Shown in pieces: positions 1 through 9,516 of a stretch of DNA of 64,000 nt. Under the pieces are notes generated by a model. The model ran no database searches, had not been told where the DNA came from, and saw nothing but the letters and a program-made list of their open reading frames with translations. The first letter of the stretch is position 1; every line of letters starts with the position of its first letter. Position numbers and translations under genes: made by a program. The stretch lies in the IMG/VR virus record IMGVR_UViG_3300032220_001356, positions 26,726 to 90,725 of that record. One strand, given 5' to 3'. This DNA comes from a virus.

Positions 1-2
1 TT

Positions 3-563
3 TCTATTGTTGGTAAGGCTGGTTGTGGAAAGACGATGCTTGCAATAGCAGCGGGTCTGGAGCAAACGATTGGATTAGACAACAAATACTCACGTTTAAT
101 TGTTTCGCGTCCTGTACAGCCAATGGGTAAGGATATTGGCTTCCTTCCCGGCACATTAGAAGAGAAAATGTCTCCTTGGCTTCGTCCAATTCAAGACAAC
201 TTACAATTCTTGATGGGTAACGACAAAATAACTCTTGATATGTATATGCAAAAAGGAGTTATTGAGATTGAAGCTATCACATATATCCGTGGTCGTTCAA
301 TTTCTAATGCGTACATCATAATCGATGAAGCACAAAATCTTTCAATGCACGAAATTAAGACCATTATTACCAGAGTTGGTGAAAATTCAAAAGTTGTTTT
401 AACTGGTGACATTGAACAAATTGATAATGTCTATGTTGACGAAACCACAAACGGACTTACATATGTAGCTGAAAAGTTTAAACCATATGATTTGGCAGGA
501 CACGTAACGTTAATGAACGGCGAACGCTCAAAAGTTGCCACACTTGCTTCTCGTATTCTCTAG
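3..563 (+). CDS. phoH: PhoH-family ATPase (5'-truncated by the window edge)
   Basis: Frame open from position 3: SIVGKAGCGKTML (Walker A); IGFLPGTLEEKM, YIRGRS, IIIDEAQN, TRVGENSKVVLTGDIEQID are PhoH signatures. Confidence 0.95.
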   Translation, partial: SIVGKAGCGKTMLAIAAGLEQTIGLDNKYSRLIVSRPVQPMGKDIGFLPGTLEEKMSPWLRPIQDNLQFLMGNDKITLDMYMQKGVIEIEAITYIRGRSISNAYIIIDEAQNLSMHEIKTIITRVGENSKVVLTGDIEQIDNVYVDETTNGLTYVAEKFKPYDLAGHVTLMNGERSKVATLASRIL

Positions 564-645
564 AGTAAAAAATAAGTTAATTTTATTTAAAGATGGGCAT
601 TATTTTTTTGATGAAAAAATTAATAATTTGTTAAAGATACTATAA

Positions 646-1329
646 ATGAAAACAATAATTGAATCAATGAAAGACAAAAATGATAAAATAATTAAAAAGC
701 TAAAAGACAGAAGACTTTTTAACAGAATCTATGTTTGGGAAAAAGATCCTGTTTCTCCAGAAGTAGACATAGATTTGGGATTACAAAAAATAATCAAGCT
801 TTTACCTAAAAATTATTTTAACAATATTGATAGTATTTTTATTGGTCAATTCCCAGAATTAAACAAAAGAAATTTAAATGCACTTTATCAAGATAATGCA
901 ATTTATATTTCTAATAATATTTTTAGTACACAAGAACTTATGAAAAATTTAGTTCATGAATTAGCACATGCTGTTCATGATGAATATTGTGATGCAATAG
1001 ATGAAAACGATGCAGTCATAGATGAATTTTTCATTAAAAGAAGACAATTGAAAAAAATATTACACTTAAATGGCTACAAGACAGAACAACAAAATTTTGA
1101 AAACGTTGAATATGACCCAAATTTTGATACTTATTTGTATCAAGAAATTGGTTATCCTATTATGCATACGCTAACAACAAATTTGTTTGTCTCTCCATAT
1201 GCCGCAACATCATATAAAGAATATTTTGCTAATGGTTTTGAGCATTATTATTTAAACGATTTTACATCCGTTAAACAAATAAGTCCAAAACTTTACAAAT
1301 TAATAAATGTTTTAGAAAGTTTAGAATAA
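646..1329 (+). CDS. Putative zincin-type metallopeptidase
   Basis: HELAH (HExxH) plus downstream YAATSYKEYFANGF, resembling the YAxT..E.FAE third-ligand segment. Confidence 0.55.
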   Translation: MKTIIESMKDKNDKIIKKLKDRRLFNRIYVWEKDPVSPEVDIDLGLQKIIKLLPKNYFNNIDSIFIGQFPELNKRNLNALYQDNAIYISNNIFSTQELMKNLVHELAHAVHDEYCDAIDENDAVIDEFFIKRRQLKKILHLNGYKTEQQNFENVEYDPNFDTYLYQEIGYPIMHTLTTNLFVSPYAATSYKEYFANGFEHYYLNDFTSVKQISPKLYKLINVLESLE

Positions 1330-1338
1330 GGAAATAAA

Positions 1339-1599
1339 ATGGAAAAAAGCGAATCTTTAATGCAAGAAGTAAAAGCCGAAAACCCAATGAAAGAGTGGTT
1401 AGTTAATTATGTCGGCAATAAACTAAAACCAGAAGATGGAAGAGTTTCAGTAGAAATGATAATTACTGCAATGGCAGACGAATTTCCAGATTTTGTGCTT
1501 GCTTTAGCAGAAGAAAACTTTATTCGTGGCTATCAGCAGGCATTGTATGACGTAGATTACAATCCACCACAAGAAAAACAAGAAAACGTTGAATCTTAA
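1339..1599 (+). CDS. Hypothetical phage protein
   Basis: 86-aa ORF with AAGGA RBS, in operon context. Confidence 0.7.
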   Translation: MEKSESLMQEVKAENPMKEWLVNYVGNKLKPEDGRVSVEMIITAMADEFPDFVLALAEENFIRGYQQALYDVDYNPPQEKQENVES

Positions 1600-1636
1600 A
1601 CACCTGTATGTTATAATTTAAAAACATACAGGTGTT
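1589..1636 (+). promoter_or_regulatory. Sigma70-type promoter whose -10 lies in a 14-bp perfect inverted repeat that also covers the RBS
   Basis: TTGAAT(1589-94)-17 bp-TATAAT(1612-17) with TGn extension; arms AACACCTGTATGTT(1599-1612) and AACATACAGGTGTT(1623-36); AGGTG lies in the 3' arm before the TTG start at 1640. Confidence 0.75.
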
Positions 1637-1639
1637 GTT

Positions 1640-2404
1640 TTGCCACACATTTCCTTTTCGGAATTAAAAACTTGGTCTGAGTGTCCTTATAAACGTAAAC
1701 TTGTTTATGAAGATAAAATAAAAGTATTTACTGCAAATGAATACACAATTTTTGGAACATCTGTTCACGAAACTTGTGAAAAGTCTCTACTTAAGGAAAT
1801 AAGGGAGGAAGATTGTGGCAATTATTTTGAAACCAACTTTAAAAATGCGGTGGAAGAGGCAAAAGTACAAGCTTCATTTGACGAAAACCTTGTCGCAGAT
1901 ATGGTTTTGCAAGGTAAAGCAATCTTCAACGATCTTTTTCCAGCAATTGTGGAATATCTGGGTGAATACGAAGTCGTTTCATCAGAAGAAGACCTATTAG
2001 AGCTTATTAAAGAAGATTACAACTTTAAGGGTTTTATCGATTTGGTACTCAAAACACCAGATGGTAAGTATCATATTGTCGATTTTAAGACTTGTTCATG
2101 GGGTTGGGATATGAAAAAGAAATCCGACCCTATGGTTACATACCAATTGACATATTACAAGGAATTCTTTGCTAAAAAGCATAATATTCCACTTGATAAC
2201 ATTGAAACTCATTTTTGTCTTTTGAAGCGAACTACAAAAAAGAGTAGAGTTGAGTTTTTCCGTGTTTCAAGTGGAAAAAAGAAGATGGAAAATGCAAATA
2301 ATCTATTGACAAAAGCAATTTCTAGTATTATTAGTAAAAAACATATTAAAAATCGTCTTTCTTGTAATGGATGCGAGTTTTATAAAACAGAATTTTGTAA
2401 GTAA
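1640..2404 (+). CDS. PD-(D/E)XK RecB/Cas4-like exonuclease (TTG start)
   Basis: ISFSEL..W.ECP, FGTSVHE, GFIDL, IVDFKT, QLTYY; N-terminal Cys plus C-terminal CNGC..C. Confidence 0.85.
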   Translation: MPHISFSELKTWSECPYKRKLVYEDKIKVFTANEYTIFGTSVHETCEKSLLKEIREEDCGNYFETNFKNAVEEAKVQASFDENLVADMVLQGKAIFNDLFPAIVEYLGEYEVVSSEEDLLELIKEDYNFKGFIDLVLKTPDGKYHIVDFKTCSWGWDMKKKSDPMVTYQLTYYKEFFAKKHNIPLDNIETHFCLLKRTTKKSRVEFFRVSSGKKKMENANNLLTKAISSIISKKHIKNRLSCNGCEFYKTEFCK

Positions 2405-2409
2405 TAGTA

Positions 2410-2453
2410 GTTTGAGTTCCAACACTACTATTTACTAGTGTAGGAACTCAAAC
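2410..2453 (+). promoter_or_regulatory. Stem-loop with the putative late-promoter motif in its loop and the RBS in its stem, upstream of the HNH gene
   Basis: GTTTGAGTTCC/GGAACTCAAAC (11 bp) plus ACACTA/TAGTGT (6 bp); loop CTATTTAC (2428-35); AGGA in the 3' arm. Confidence 0.75.
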
Positions 2454-2461
2454 GTAAACGA

Positions 2462-3082
2462 ATGAATAAAGTTTGTATTATATGTAACAAGGAGTATGAA
2501 GCCAAGAATTGGGCTTCAAAAACTTGTTCTAATGAATGTAGGTTACAGCATAATAATAATAGAAAAAAGAAAACTATTCAAAATCATTTAGAAACATTTA
2601 ATTGTAAGTTTTGTAATAAAGAAGTTATTCGTTATAGAATAAGAAATGGTTTTTGTTCCCGTTCTTGTGCATCAAAAATGTATATACAAAATGGTACATA
2701 TAAAAATTGGATAAAATTTATACCAAAAAAAAGAACAGAAGAACAAAAAATAAATCACAAACTAAGAAAAAATGTTTCTAAAATAATTAGATTTTATTTA
2801 TTTAAGCAATTGATTCCAAAAAGTTCTTCTACATGGAAAAAGTTACCATACACACCAGAAGAACTTAGAAAACATCTTGAAAAACAATTTGATGAAAATA
2901 TGAATTGGGAAAATTATGGAATTTATTGGCATATTGACCATATTTATCCACAATCAAAATTGTTGTTTCAAAGTTTTGATGATGAAAATTTTATAAAATG
3001 TTGGTCATTAGATAATTTAAGGCCATTAGAAAAGATTGAAAATATAAAAAAAAGTAACAGGATAATAGATGAAAAAAATTAA
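2462..3082 (+). CDS. Free-standing HNH homing endonuclease with two N-terminal Zn-finger repeats
   Basis: CIIC..TCSNEC and CKFC..FCSRSC repeats; WHIDHIYP..CWSLDNLRPL...NIKKSN HNH core; very AT-rich. Confidence 0.85.
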   Translation: MNKVCIICNKEYEAKNWASKTCSNECRLQHNNNRKKKTIQNHLETFNCKFCNKEVIRYRIRNGFCSRSCASKMYIQNGTYKNWIKFIPKKRTEEQKINHKLRKNVSKIIRFYLFKQLIPKSSSTWKKLPYTPEELRKHLEKQFDENMNWENYGIYWHIDHIYPQSKLLFQSFDDENFIKCWSLDNLRPLEKIENIKKSNRIIDEKN

Positions 3083-4316
3083 AATTCTTACTCTGAGCGA
3101 CCACCCTTTCTCTCCTTCTGGCGTTGCTCATATGTCCAAAAATATTATTGAAGGTATGTTGGCTACCGGAAAGTATCAATTTATATCTTTTGGTGGTGCT
3201 ATCAAACATCAAGACTATCGACCACAAAAAACCGAACAATGGAAAGATGATTGGGTTATTTTTCCAGTTGATGGATATGGTTCGCAAGAGATGATTCGTT
3301 CTGTTCTGAGAACAGAACGTCCAGATATTATATGGTTTATGACTGACCCTCGTTTTTGGGGATGGTTATGGCAAATGGAAAACGAAATTAGACCAAATGT
3401 ACCTATGGTGTACTACCATGTTTGGGATAATTATCCATATCCAACATTTAATAGAAAGTTTTATCTTTCAAATGACCATATTGCAACCATTTCAAAACTT
3501 TCAGATGATATTGTTGCAAATGTAGCACCAGAAGTTGAAAGAACTTATGTTCCACACGCTGTTGACACAAATATCTTCAAAAGACTTTCGGAACAAGAAA
3601 TAGAAAAGTTTAAAAAAGAAACTCTCAATATTCAAGACGATAGATTTATTTTCTTCTGGAACAATAGAAACGCAAGACGCAAACAATCTGGTTCTGTTAT
3701 GTGGTGGTTTGCTGAATTTTTGAAGAAAACAAATAAAAAAGCAACTCTTATTATGCATACCGAAGTTAAAGATCAAAACGGACAAGATTTGGTTGCTATT
3801 ATGAACGAATTAGGGCTTACAAATAGAGAAATTCTTTTTTCTCAACAAAAGATGCCACCACAAAATCTAGCTTACTTTTATAATTTAGCAGATGCAACAA
3901 TTAACATCTCAGACGCAGAAGGCTTTGGACTTGCAACTCTTGAATCTCTTGCTTGTGAAACACCAATCATTGTTACAAAAACTGGTGGACTACAAGACCA
4001 AATTAGAAATGAAAAAGGAATTTTTGGAATTGAAATAGAACCATCATCAAGAGCAGTAATTGGTTCACAAGATGTACCATTTATTTATGAAGACAGAATC
4101 AGCCAAGAACAATTTGTTAGTGCTTTAGATACTTTTACAAATATTCCTAAAGAACAAAGAAAAACAATTGGACAACTTGGTAGAGAACACGTTATGAGTA
4201 ATTTTAACTTCGCTGATTTTATTAAGCGTTGGGATAATATATTTACTGACATTTATACCAATAAGGGCTCTTGGCCCAACAAATCATACAAAGCTTGGGA
4301 ATTGAAGGAAATCTAA
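3069..4316 (+). CDS. GT4-family glycosyltransferase
   Basis: SDHPFSPSG N-terminus, VPHAVD, NRNARRK, EGFGLATLESLACETPII. Confidence 0.9.
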   Translation: MKKIKILTLSDHPFSPSGVAHMSKNIIEGMLATGKYQFISFGGAIKHQDYRPQKTEQWKDDWVIFPVDGYGSQEMIRSVLRTERPDIIWFMTDPRFWGWLWQMENEIRPNVPMVYYHVWDNYPYPTFNRKFYLSNDHIATISKLSDDIVANVAPEVERTYVPHAVDTNIFKRLSEQEIEKFKKETLNIQDDRFIFFWNNRNARRKQSGSVMWWFAEFLKKTNKKATLIMHTEVKDQNGQDLVAIMNELGLTNREILFSQQKMPPQNLAYFYNLADATINISDAEGFGLATLESLACETPIIVTKTGGLQDQIRNEKGIFGIEIEPSSRAVIGSQDVPFIYEDRISQEQFVSALDTFTNIPKEQRKTIGQLGREHVMSNFNFADFIKRWDNIFTDIYTNKGSWPNKSYKAWELKEI

Positions 4317-6280
4317 TGAAAAAGAAAATATTAGTAACAGGTCCAGCACTTACTGCCTCTGGATATGGCGAACAATCTAGATTTGCATTGAGAGCACTAC
4401 GTTCAAGAGAAGATTTATTCGATATTTATCTTGCTGCTACTCCTTGGGGACAATGTGGCTGGATTCATGAAGATAACGAAGAAAGAGCATGGTTAGATAG
4501 TTTAATTATTAAAAATGCTCAGTACAATCAAGCTTCTAATGGACAACCACAATATGATATGTCGTTGCAAATTTCAATTCCCAACGAATGGAAAAAGCTA
4601 GCACCAATTAATATTGGATATACAGCAGGTATTGAAACTAATAAGATTTCTCCTCATTGGATTCAACCATCCAATCAAATGGATAAAATTATTGTTGTAT
4701 CTAACTTTGCAAAGAAAGGATTTGAAAACGGAGTCTATACTGCCACAGATCAAAGAACAGGTCAACAAATCCAAAACTTTAGATGCAATGCACCAATAGA
4801 GGTAGTTAATTACCCTGTTCGTCGCTTTGAATCAAGTGAGTTAGAACTAAATCTAACAACAGATTTTAATTTCCTTGTCGTCGCTCAAGGAGGACCAAGA
4901 AAGAATCTAGCAAATACACTCAAATGGTTTGTGGAAGAATTTAAAAACGATGAAAACGTTGGTTTAATTTGCAAGACTCATACTGCTGGTTCTTCTCAAA
5001 TTGATCGAGAAATGACAACGAATGCAATCAAGAATATCCTTGCAGAGCACACAGATAAGAAATGCAAAGTATACGTCCTCCACGGCGATATGAGCGAAGC
5101 AGAAATGGCAGGGCTCTATACCCATCCAAAAGTAAAAGCGTTGCTCTCGTTGTCTCACGGAGAGGGTTTTGGGCTTCCAATATTTGAGGCAGCATACTAC
5201 GGACTTCCAGTTATCACGACTGAGTGGTCTGGTCCTATGGACTTTATGTATTGTCCAAATAAAGAAGGTAAAGTTAAACCACACTTTGCAAGAGTTGATT
5301 TTACGCTTGGACCAATCCAACAAGAAGCAGTTTGGCAAGGTGTATTAGAAAAAGATACAATGTGGGCTTTCCCAAATCATCTTTCTGCCAAAGAAGCAAT
5401 GAGAGAAGTTTATAAGAATCACGATAGATTCCGTGGTCAAGCAAAACGTCTTGCTGCTCATGTTGAAAAACAATTTTCAAATGACAAAATGAACGAATTA
5501 TTTGTTCAACAAGTATATGGTAAAAAAGTAGAAAAATTTGATATCAATAGTCTACCAAAAATTTCATTAATTTCTTCTGTTTATAATTCAGATGAATATA
5601 TCGAACAGTTTATGGAAGATATTACAAGACAATCAATCTTTAAAGATAAATGTGAGTGGATTATTATCAATGCAAATTCTCCCGGCAATGAAGAAGAAGT
5701 TATTATGCGTTATGTTAACAAATATCCAAACATAATATACAAGCGTCTTGATTCGGACCCCGGTATTTATGCTACTTGGAATATGGCAATTAAAATGTCT
5801 ACAGGAGAGTTTATAACAAACGCAAATACTGACGATAGAAAATCACCAAACTCTTTGCTAGAACATGCAAAAACGCTTTTCCTAAATAAAGAAATCGACT
5901 TGGCATATTCCGATAGTTATATCACTCACGAAGCCAACAAAAGATGGGAAGATATAGATAAAAATAACTGTCAACGCTATAACTTTGAACAATTTTCACC
6001 CAAAGCAATGTTGAGAGGAAATTTGCCACATAACAATCCAATGTGGAGAAGAAGTTTGCACGAAAAATTTGGTTTTTTCAATGAAAACTATCGTTCTGCA
6101 TCAGATTGGGAATTTTGGCTAACTTGTGCTGCTGGTGGCTCCAAATTTATAAAGTGTGATATTCCATTAGGTATTTATTACTTCAATCCAAAAGGAATTT
6201 CAACAAATTTTGAAAACTTTTCTTGGAAACAAAAAGAAGAAGAGGAAATTTATACAAAATTTAGTAAGTTGATTAAATAA
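4316..6280 (+). CDS. GT4-GT2 fusion glycosyltransferase
   Basis: ATG overlaps the upstream TAA; SGYG, RKN and HGEGFGLPIFEAAYYGLPVI (GT4); then PKISLISSVYN, GIYATWN, NTDD, SASDWEFW (GT2). Confidence 0.9.
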   Translation: MKKKILVTGPALTASGYGEQSRFALRALRSREDLFDIYLAATPWGQCGWIHEDNEERAWLDSLIIKNAQYNQASNGQPQYDMSLQISIPNEWKKLAPINIGYTAGIETNKISPHWIQPSNQMDKIIVVSNFAKKGFENGVYTATDQRTGQQIQNFRCNAPIEVVNYPVRRFESSELELNLTTDFNFLVVAQGGPRKNLANTLKWFVEEFKNDENVGLICKTHTAGSSQIDREMTTNAIKNILAEHTDKKCKVYVLHGDMSEAEMAGLYTHPKVKALLSLSHGEGFGLPIFEAAYYGLPVITTEWSGPMDFMYCPNKEGKVKPHFARVDFTLGPIQQEAVWQGVLEKDTMWAFPNHLSAKEAMREVYKNHDRFRGQAKRLAAHVEKQFSNDKMNELFVQQVYGKKVEKFDINSLPKISLISSVYNSDEYIEQFMEDITRQSIFKDKCEWIIINANSPGNEEEVIMRYVNKYPNIIYKRLDSDPGIYATWNMAIKMSTGEFITNANTDDRKSPNSLLEHAKTLFLNKEIDLAYSDSYITHEANKRWEDIDKNNCQRYNFEQFSPKAMLRGNLPHNNPMWRRSLHEKFGFFNENYRSASDWEFWLTCAAGGSKFIKCDIPLGIYYFNPKGISTNFENFSWKQKEEEEIYTKFSKLIK

Positions 6281-7128
6281 TGAAAGTTATTTCGTATTCT
6301 TTATTTGAACCAAAACAACTACCTTTACATAGAGAGTGGGACAAGTGGAAAACAGAAAATCAAAGATATTGGTTTAATATACCAACAGTTATTTTATTAA
6401 ATAAAATTATATATCCAGATTATGTTTCAAAATTTTATTTGTCTCCAAATGTTTTTGAAAATCCTTTAAGTGAAATTTTTAATATTTTTGAAGTTGAATA
6501 TGAAGTAATCCAAAGAGAGTACAATTTTACCGAACCTGCTATCTGGAGAATGATGCCTCTTTGGGAAAGAGGCGTTGAAATATTCCATTCTAGAGATATT
6601 GATTCGTTAACCTCAGAAAATGAATATAGATATATAAAATCATTTGAAAATTCTGAATGTTGCGTTGGTACAATAAGAAGTCACGAAAATCATTATAATT
6701 TACCTTGTCGTATGCTTGCTGGTCTTTCTAGTTTTAAGCCAAACAAAATTCCTTTTTCTATAAAAGGTATTAATTTTGATATGTATTATTCTATGAAAGA
6801 CAGCAATTATGGTTCCGACCAAAACTTGTTAATTAAAACATTTACGTTCAACGAGGAATTTACAAAATCTAATTTTTTAGATTGTAAAATAGATAGACAA
6901 TTTAATAAGCAAGATTTTAATTGCTTAGAGGCAAACTTAAACAGCATAGAAATTAATAAAAAAATTGATACTATTTTCAAAAAAATAAAACAAACTACCA
7001 ACACTACTTGGCTTGGAGAACCCTGCGATTCTAGAGGAGAATTGTTAAATTATTTGCTTAATGAAAGAAATGATATTAGATTAAAAATTGCAAATAATAA
7101 AAATTTGTCACTATTTTACAAGGTTTAA
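6280..7128 (+). CDS. Uncharacterised glycosyltransferase-like protein
   Basis: MKVISYSLF, WRMMPL, SRDIDS (DxD), YGSDQ; embedded among GT genes. Confidence 0.5.
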   Translation: MKVISYSLFEPKQLPLHREWDKWKTENQRYWFNIPTVILLNKIIYPDYVSKFYLSPNVFENPLSEIFNIFEVEYEVIQREYNFTEPAIWRMMPLWERGVEIFHSRDIDSLTSENEYRYIKSFENSECCVGTIRSHENHYNLPCRMLAGLSSFKPNKIPFSIKGINFDMYYSMKDSNYGSDQNLLIKTFTFNEEFTKSNFLDCKIDRQFNKQDFNCLEANLNSIEINKKIDTIFKKIKQTTNTTWLGEPCDSRGELLNYLLNERNDIRLKIANNKNLSLFYKV

Positions 7129-7130
7129 CA

Positions 7131-7916
7131 ATGAGAATTTTTGTCGGCAAACAAACACCAGAACACAAGAGAGACACATCCAGAGAATTAATGGATATCT
7201 GGAAAGAAATGGGATTGTGTGAAATTATCGAAGGTGAAGTCGAGGATTATTTTATTTGGGCCAATGAGCCAAATGGAACTTTACTATACGAATATGACCG
7301 ATGGGATGTATTTCCTTTATTGCCACCTATATGGAAAAAAGGTTTATTTGCAGGTATGCAACATCCAAATGGAATGCCTTGGATATATTGGGGAAGAAGA
7401 CCAAAAATGTTGCATTCTAAAATAGAAAGCGGTTTAAAGTCATACGACACCAGACAAATTGAATCCATTTTTCTTGGAAAAGTAGAAAACGGCATTCAAT
7501 TAAACAATAGAACCACCCATGATTGGTCTAAATCAATAGAATTGTTTAGTATGCCAATTAAGATGGGAGATAGTTTTAATTGGCCTTTTACACAAGAAGA
7601 ATATTTAAACAAAGTCGCTGACTCTAAGTTTGGTCTTTGTCTTGCTGGATATGGTCCAAAATGCAATAGAGAAATAGAGTATTTAGGTCTTGGTGTTGTT
7701 CCAATTATTACTGAAAATGTATGTGTAAAATACCACGACCCACTTATTGAAGGTATGCATTACTTCAAAGTTTCAAACTCAGACCAAATAGATAAAACAA
7801 TCAAAGAATGTTCGAAAGATAGATGGGAATATATGTCTTATAATTGTAAAAAATGGTACAATAAAAACTGTTCCCCTCTTGGGTCTTTTGAAACAACATA
7901 CAATATATTAAAATAA
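7131..7916 (+). CDS. Exostosin/GT47-like glycosyltransferase
   Basis: EYLNKVADSKFGLCLAGYGPKCNREIEYLGLGVVPI C-terminal motif. Confidence 0.65.
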   Translation: MRIFVGKQTPEHKRDTSRELMDIWKEMGLCEIIEGEVEDYFIWANEPNGTLLYEYDRWDVFPLLPPIWKKGLFAGMQHPNGMPWIYWGRRPKMLHSKIESGLKSYDTRQIESIFLGKVENGIQLNNRTTHDWSKSIELFSMPIKMGDSFNWPFTQEEYLNKVADSKFGLCLAGYGPKCNREIEYLGLGVVPIITENVCVKYHDPLIEGMHYFKVSNSDQIDKTIKECSKDRWEYMSYNCKKWYNKNCSPLGSFETTYNILK

Positions 7917-8842
7917 TGAAAAATTTAAAAGTTAATTTTGTTGATTTTTGGGATAATTTTGATAAAGTTGATAACTATTTTTTTCATTTGTTATCAAACA
8001 ACTATAATGTAGAAATTTCCGAAAATCCAGATGTTTTGTTCTTTTCAGTCGATTATGCAAAAAGAAAAGAAAGAGACAAATATGTTAATCATAATTGTAA
8101 AAAAGTCTTTTTTACTGGAGAGAACATAAGACCCAACTTTTTTGTTCCCGGTTCTGTAGAATATCCCAGATATAGCATAGGTAAATGCGATTTTTCTTTT
8201 TCTTTTGATAATATGAATTTTTATAAAAACTATAGATTACCATTATGGATTTTGTACATAAATTGGTTTAATGTTCCGCACAACGATAACAGGGACCAAT
8301 CTTATTTAATACCATTAGATAATATATTAAATAAACAATTTTTTAATCCAAATAAGTTTTGTAATTTTGTTTTTTCTAATAATCAAGGTAAAAGATTAGA
8401 CATTCTTAATCATCTTAAAAAATACAAAAACATTGATTGTGCTGGAAGATTAGAAAATAATGTAAACTTTTCTATTCTTGGTAGAGGTGACCAAAAATAT
8501 AAAATTGATTTTATAAAAAACTATAAGTTTACAATTGCAGCAGAAAACTCTAAAACCGATGGTTACACAACTGAAAAAATAATTCATCCTTTATCGGTTG
8601 GTAGTATACCAATTTACTGGGGTTCATCAACAGTAAATAATGATTTTAATAAACAATGCTTTATTAACGTTGATAGTTTTTCAAACCTTGATGAATTGGT
8701 AGAGTATGTTATATATGTTGATAATTCAAAACAAGAATATGAAAAAATAATCAATGCTCCAATTTTTCCAAATAATAAAATACCAGAACAATTCATGCCC
8801 GATTCAATATTAAAATACTTTGAGGATTACATACTATGCTAA
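7916..8842 (+). CDS. GT10 alpha-1,3/4-fucosyltransferase
   Basis: FFTGEN, KFCNFVFSN, YKFTIAAENS..GYTTEKI..GSIPIYWG. Confidence 0.88.
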   Translation: MKNLKVNFVDFWDNFDKVDNYFFHLLSNNYNVEISENPDVLFFSVDYAKRKERDKYVNHNCKKVFFTGENIRPNFFVPGSVEYPRYSIGKCDFSFSFDNMNFYKNYRLPLWILYINWFNVPHNDNRDQSYLIPLDNILNKQFFNPNKFCNFVFSNNQGKRLDILNHLKKYKNIDCAGRLENNVNFSILGRGDQKYKIDFIKNYKFTIAAENSKTDGYTTEKIIHPLSVGSIPIYWGSSTVNNDFNKQCFINVDSFSNLDELVEYVIYVDNSKQEYEKIINAPIFPNNKIPEQFMPDSILKYFEDYILC

Positions 8843-9516
8843 ATGTAGAAAAAGTTTATATTGCTCATTACACAAAACTTATTGAAAGAAAACAAAGATT
8901 AGATGGTATCTTAAGAGAAAATGGAATAAAAGCAGAATATGTTTTTGATTTTGATAAAGACGTATTGACTGATGACATAATAAAAGAATATTATGTTTGT
9001 GATGAACAAAGTTATAATAATACTATTTCAAAAATTTATAAAAATGGCTCATTTAGAAAACTTAACTTGGCAGAAATTTCACTAACTATTAAGCATTGTT
9101 ATATAATGAAAAAAATAAGTAATGAATGTAAGGATTATGCTTTGGTCTTAGAAGATGATGTAGTTTTTGAAGATAGTTTTGTTGATAAATTCAACGATTA
9201 TCTTTCTAAAACTCCAAACGATTGGGATGTTATTTTTTTGGGCAATTGCTGTGGTCTAAGAATTCCAAAAGAACAGATTGTCGAAGGAAAAGTTGCTTAT
9301 GTAAAACAACATCCAGCGTCTAAATGTACTGACTCATTTTTAATTAAGAAGGAATTGGCAGAAAAGTTATCAAAAACAATGAAGCCATTTAATACTATTT
9401 GCGATTGGGAATATTCGTATCAATTTTATTTACACAACGCAAAAGTTTATTGGTGGGAGCCTACATTGGTTACACAAGGTTCTGAAAATGGTCTTTATAA
9501 ATCGGTATTGCGATGA
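8836..9516 (+). CDS. GT25-family glycosyltransferase
   Basis: ERKQRL, EISLTIKH, ALVLEDD, WDVIFLG, P.LVTQ. Confidence 0.8.
   Translation: MLNVEKVYIAHYTKLIERKQRLDGILRENGIKAEYVFDFDKDVLTDDIIKEYYVCDEQSYNNTISKIYKNGSFRKLNLAEISLTIKHCYIMKKISNECKDYALVLEDDVVFEDSFVDKFNDYLSKTPNDWDVIFLGNCCGLRIPKEQIVEGKVAYVKQHPASKCTDSFLIKKELAEKLSKTMKPFNTICDWEYSYQFYLHNAKVYWWEPTLVTQGSENGLYKSVLR

Noticed and set aside
2306-2334. TTGACA near the end of the exonuclease gene as a promoter for the HNH gene
   Set aside because: No good -10 at 16-18 bp spacing (TATTAG at 17 bp); likely a coding coincidence.
1640-2404. Cas4 as part of a CRISPR-Cas locus
   Set aside because: No array or other cas genes are present; solo Cas4-like nucleases are common in phages.
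4980-5240. Locally GC-richer patch in the GT4-GT2 gene
   Set aside because: It covers the conserved Gly/Ala-rich catalytic motif and cannot be distinguished from amino-acid effects by eye.
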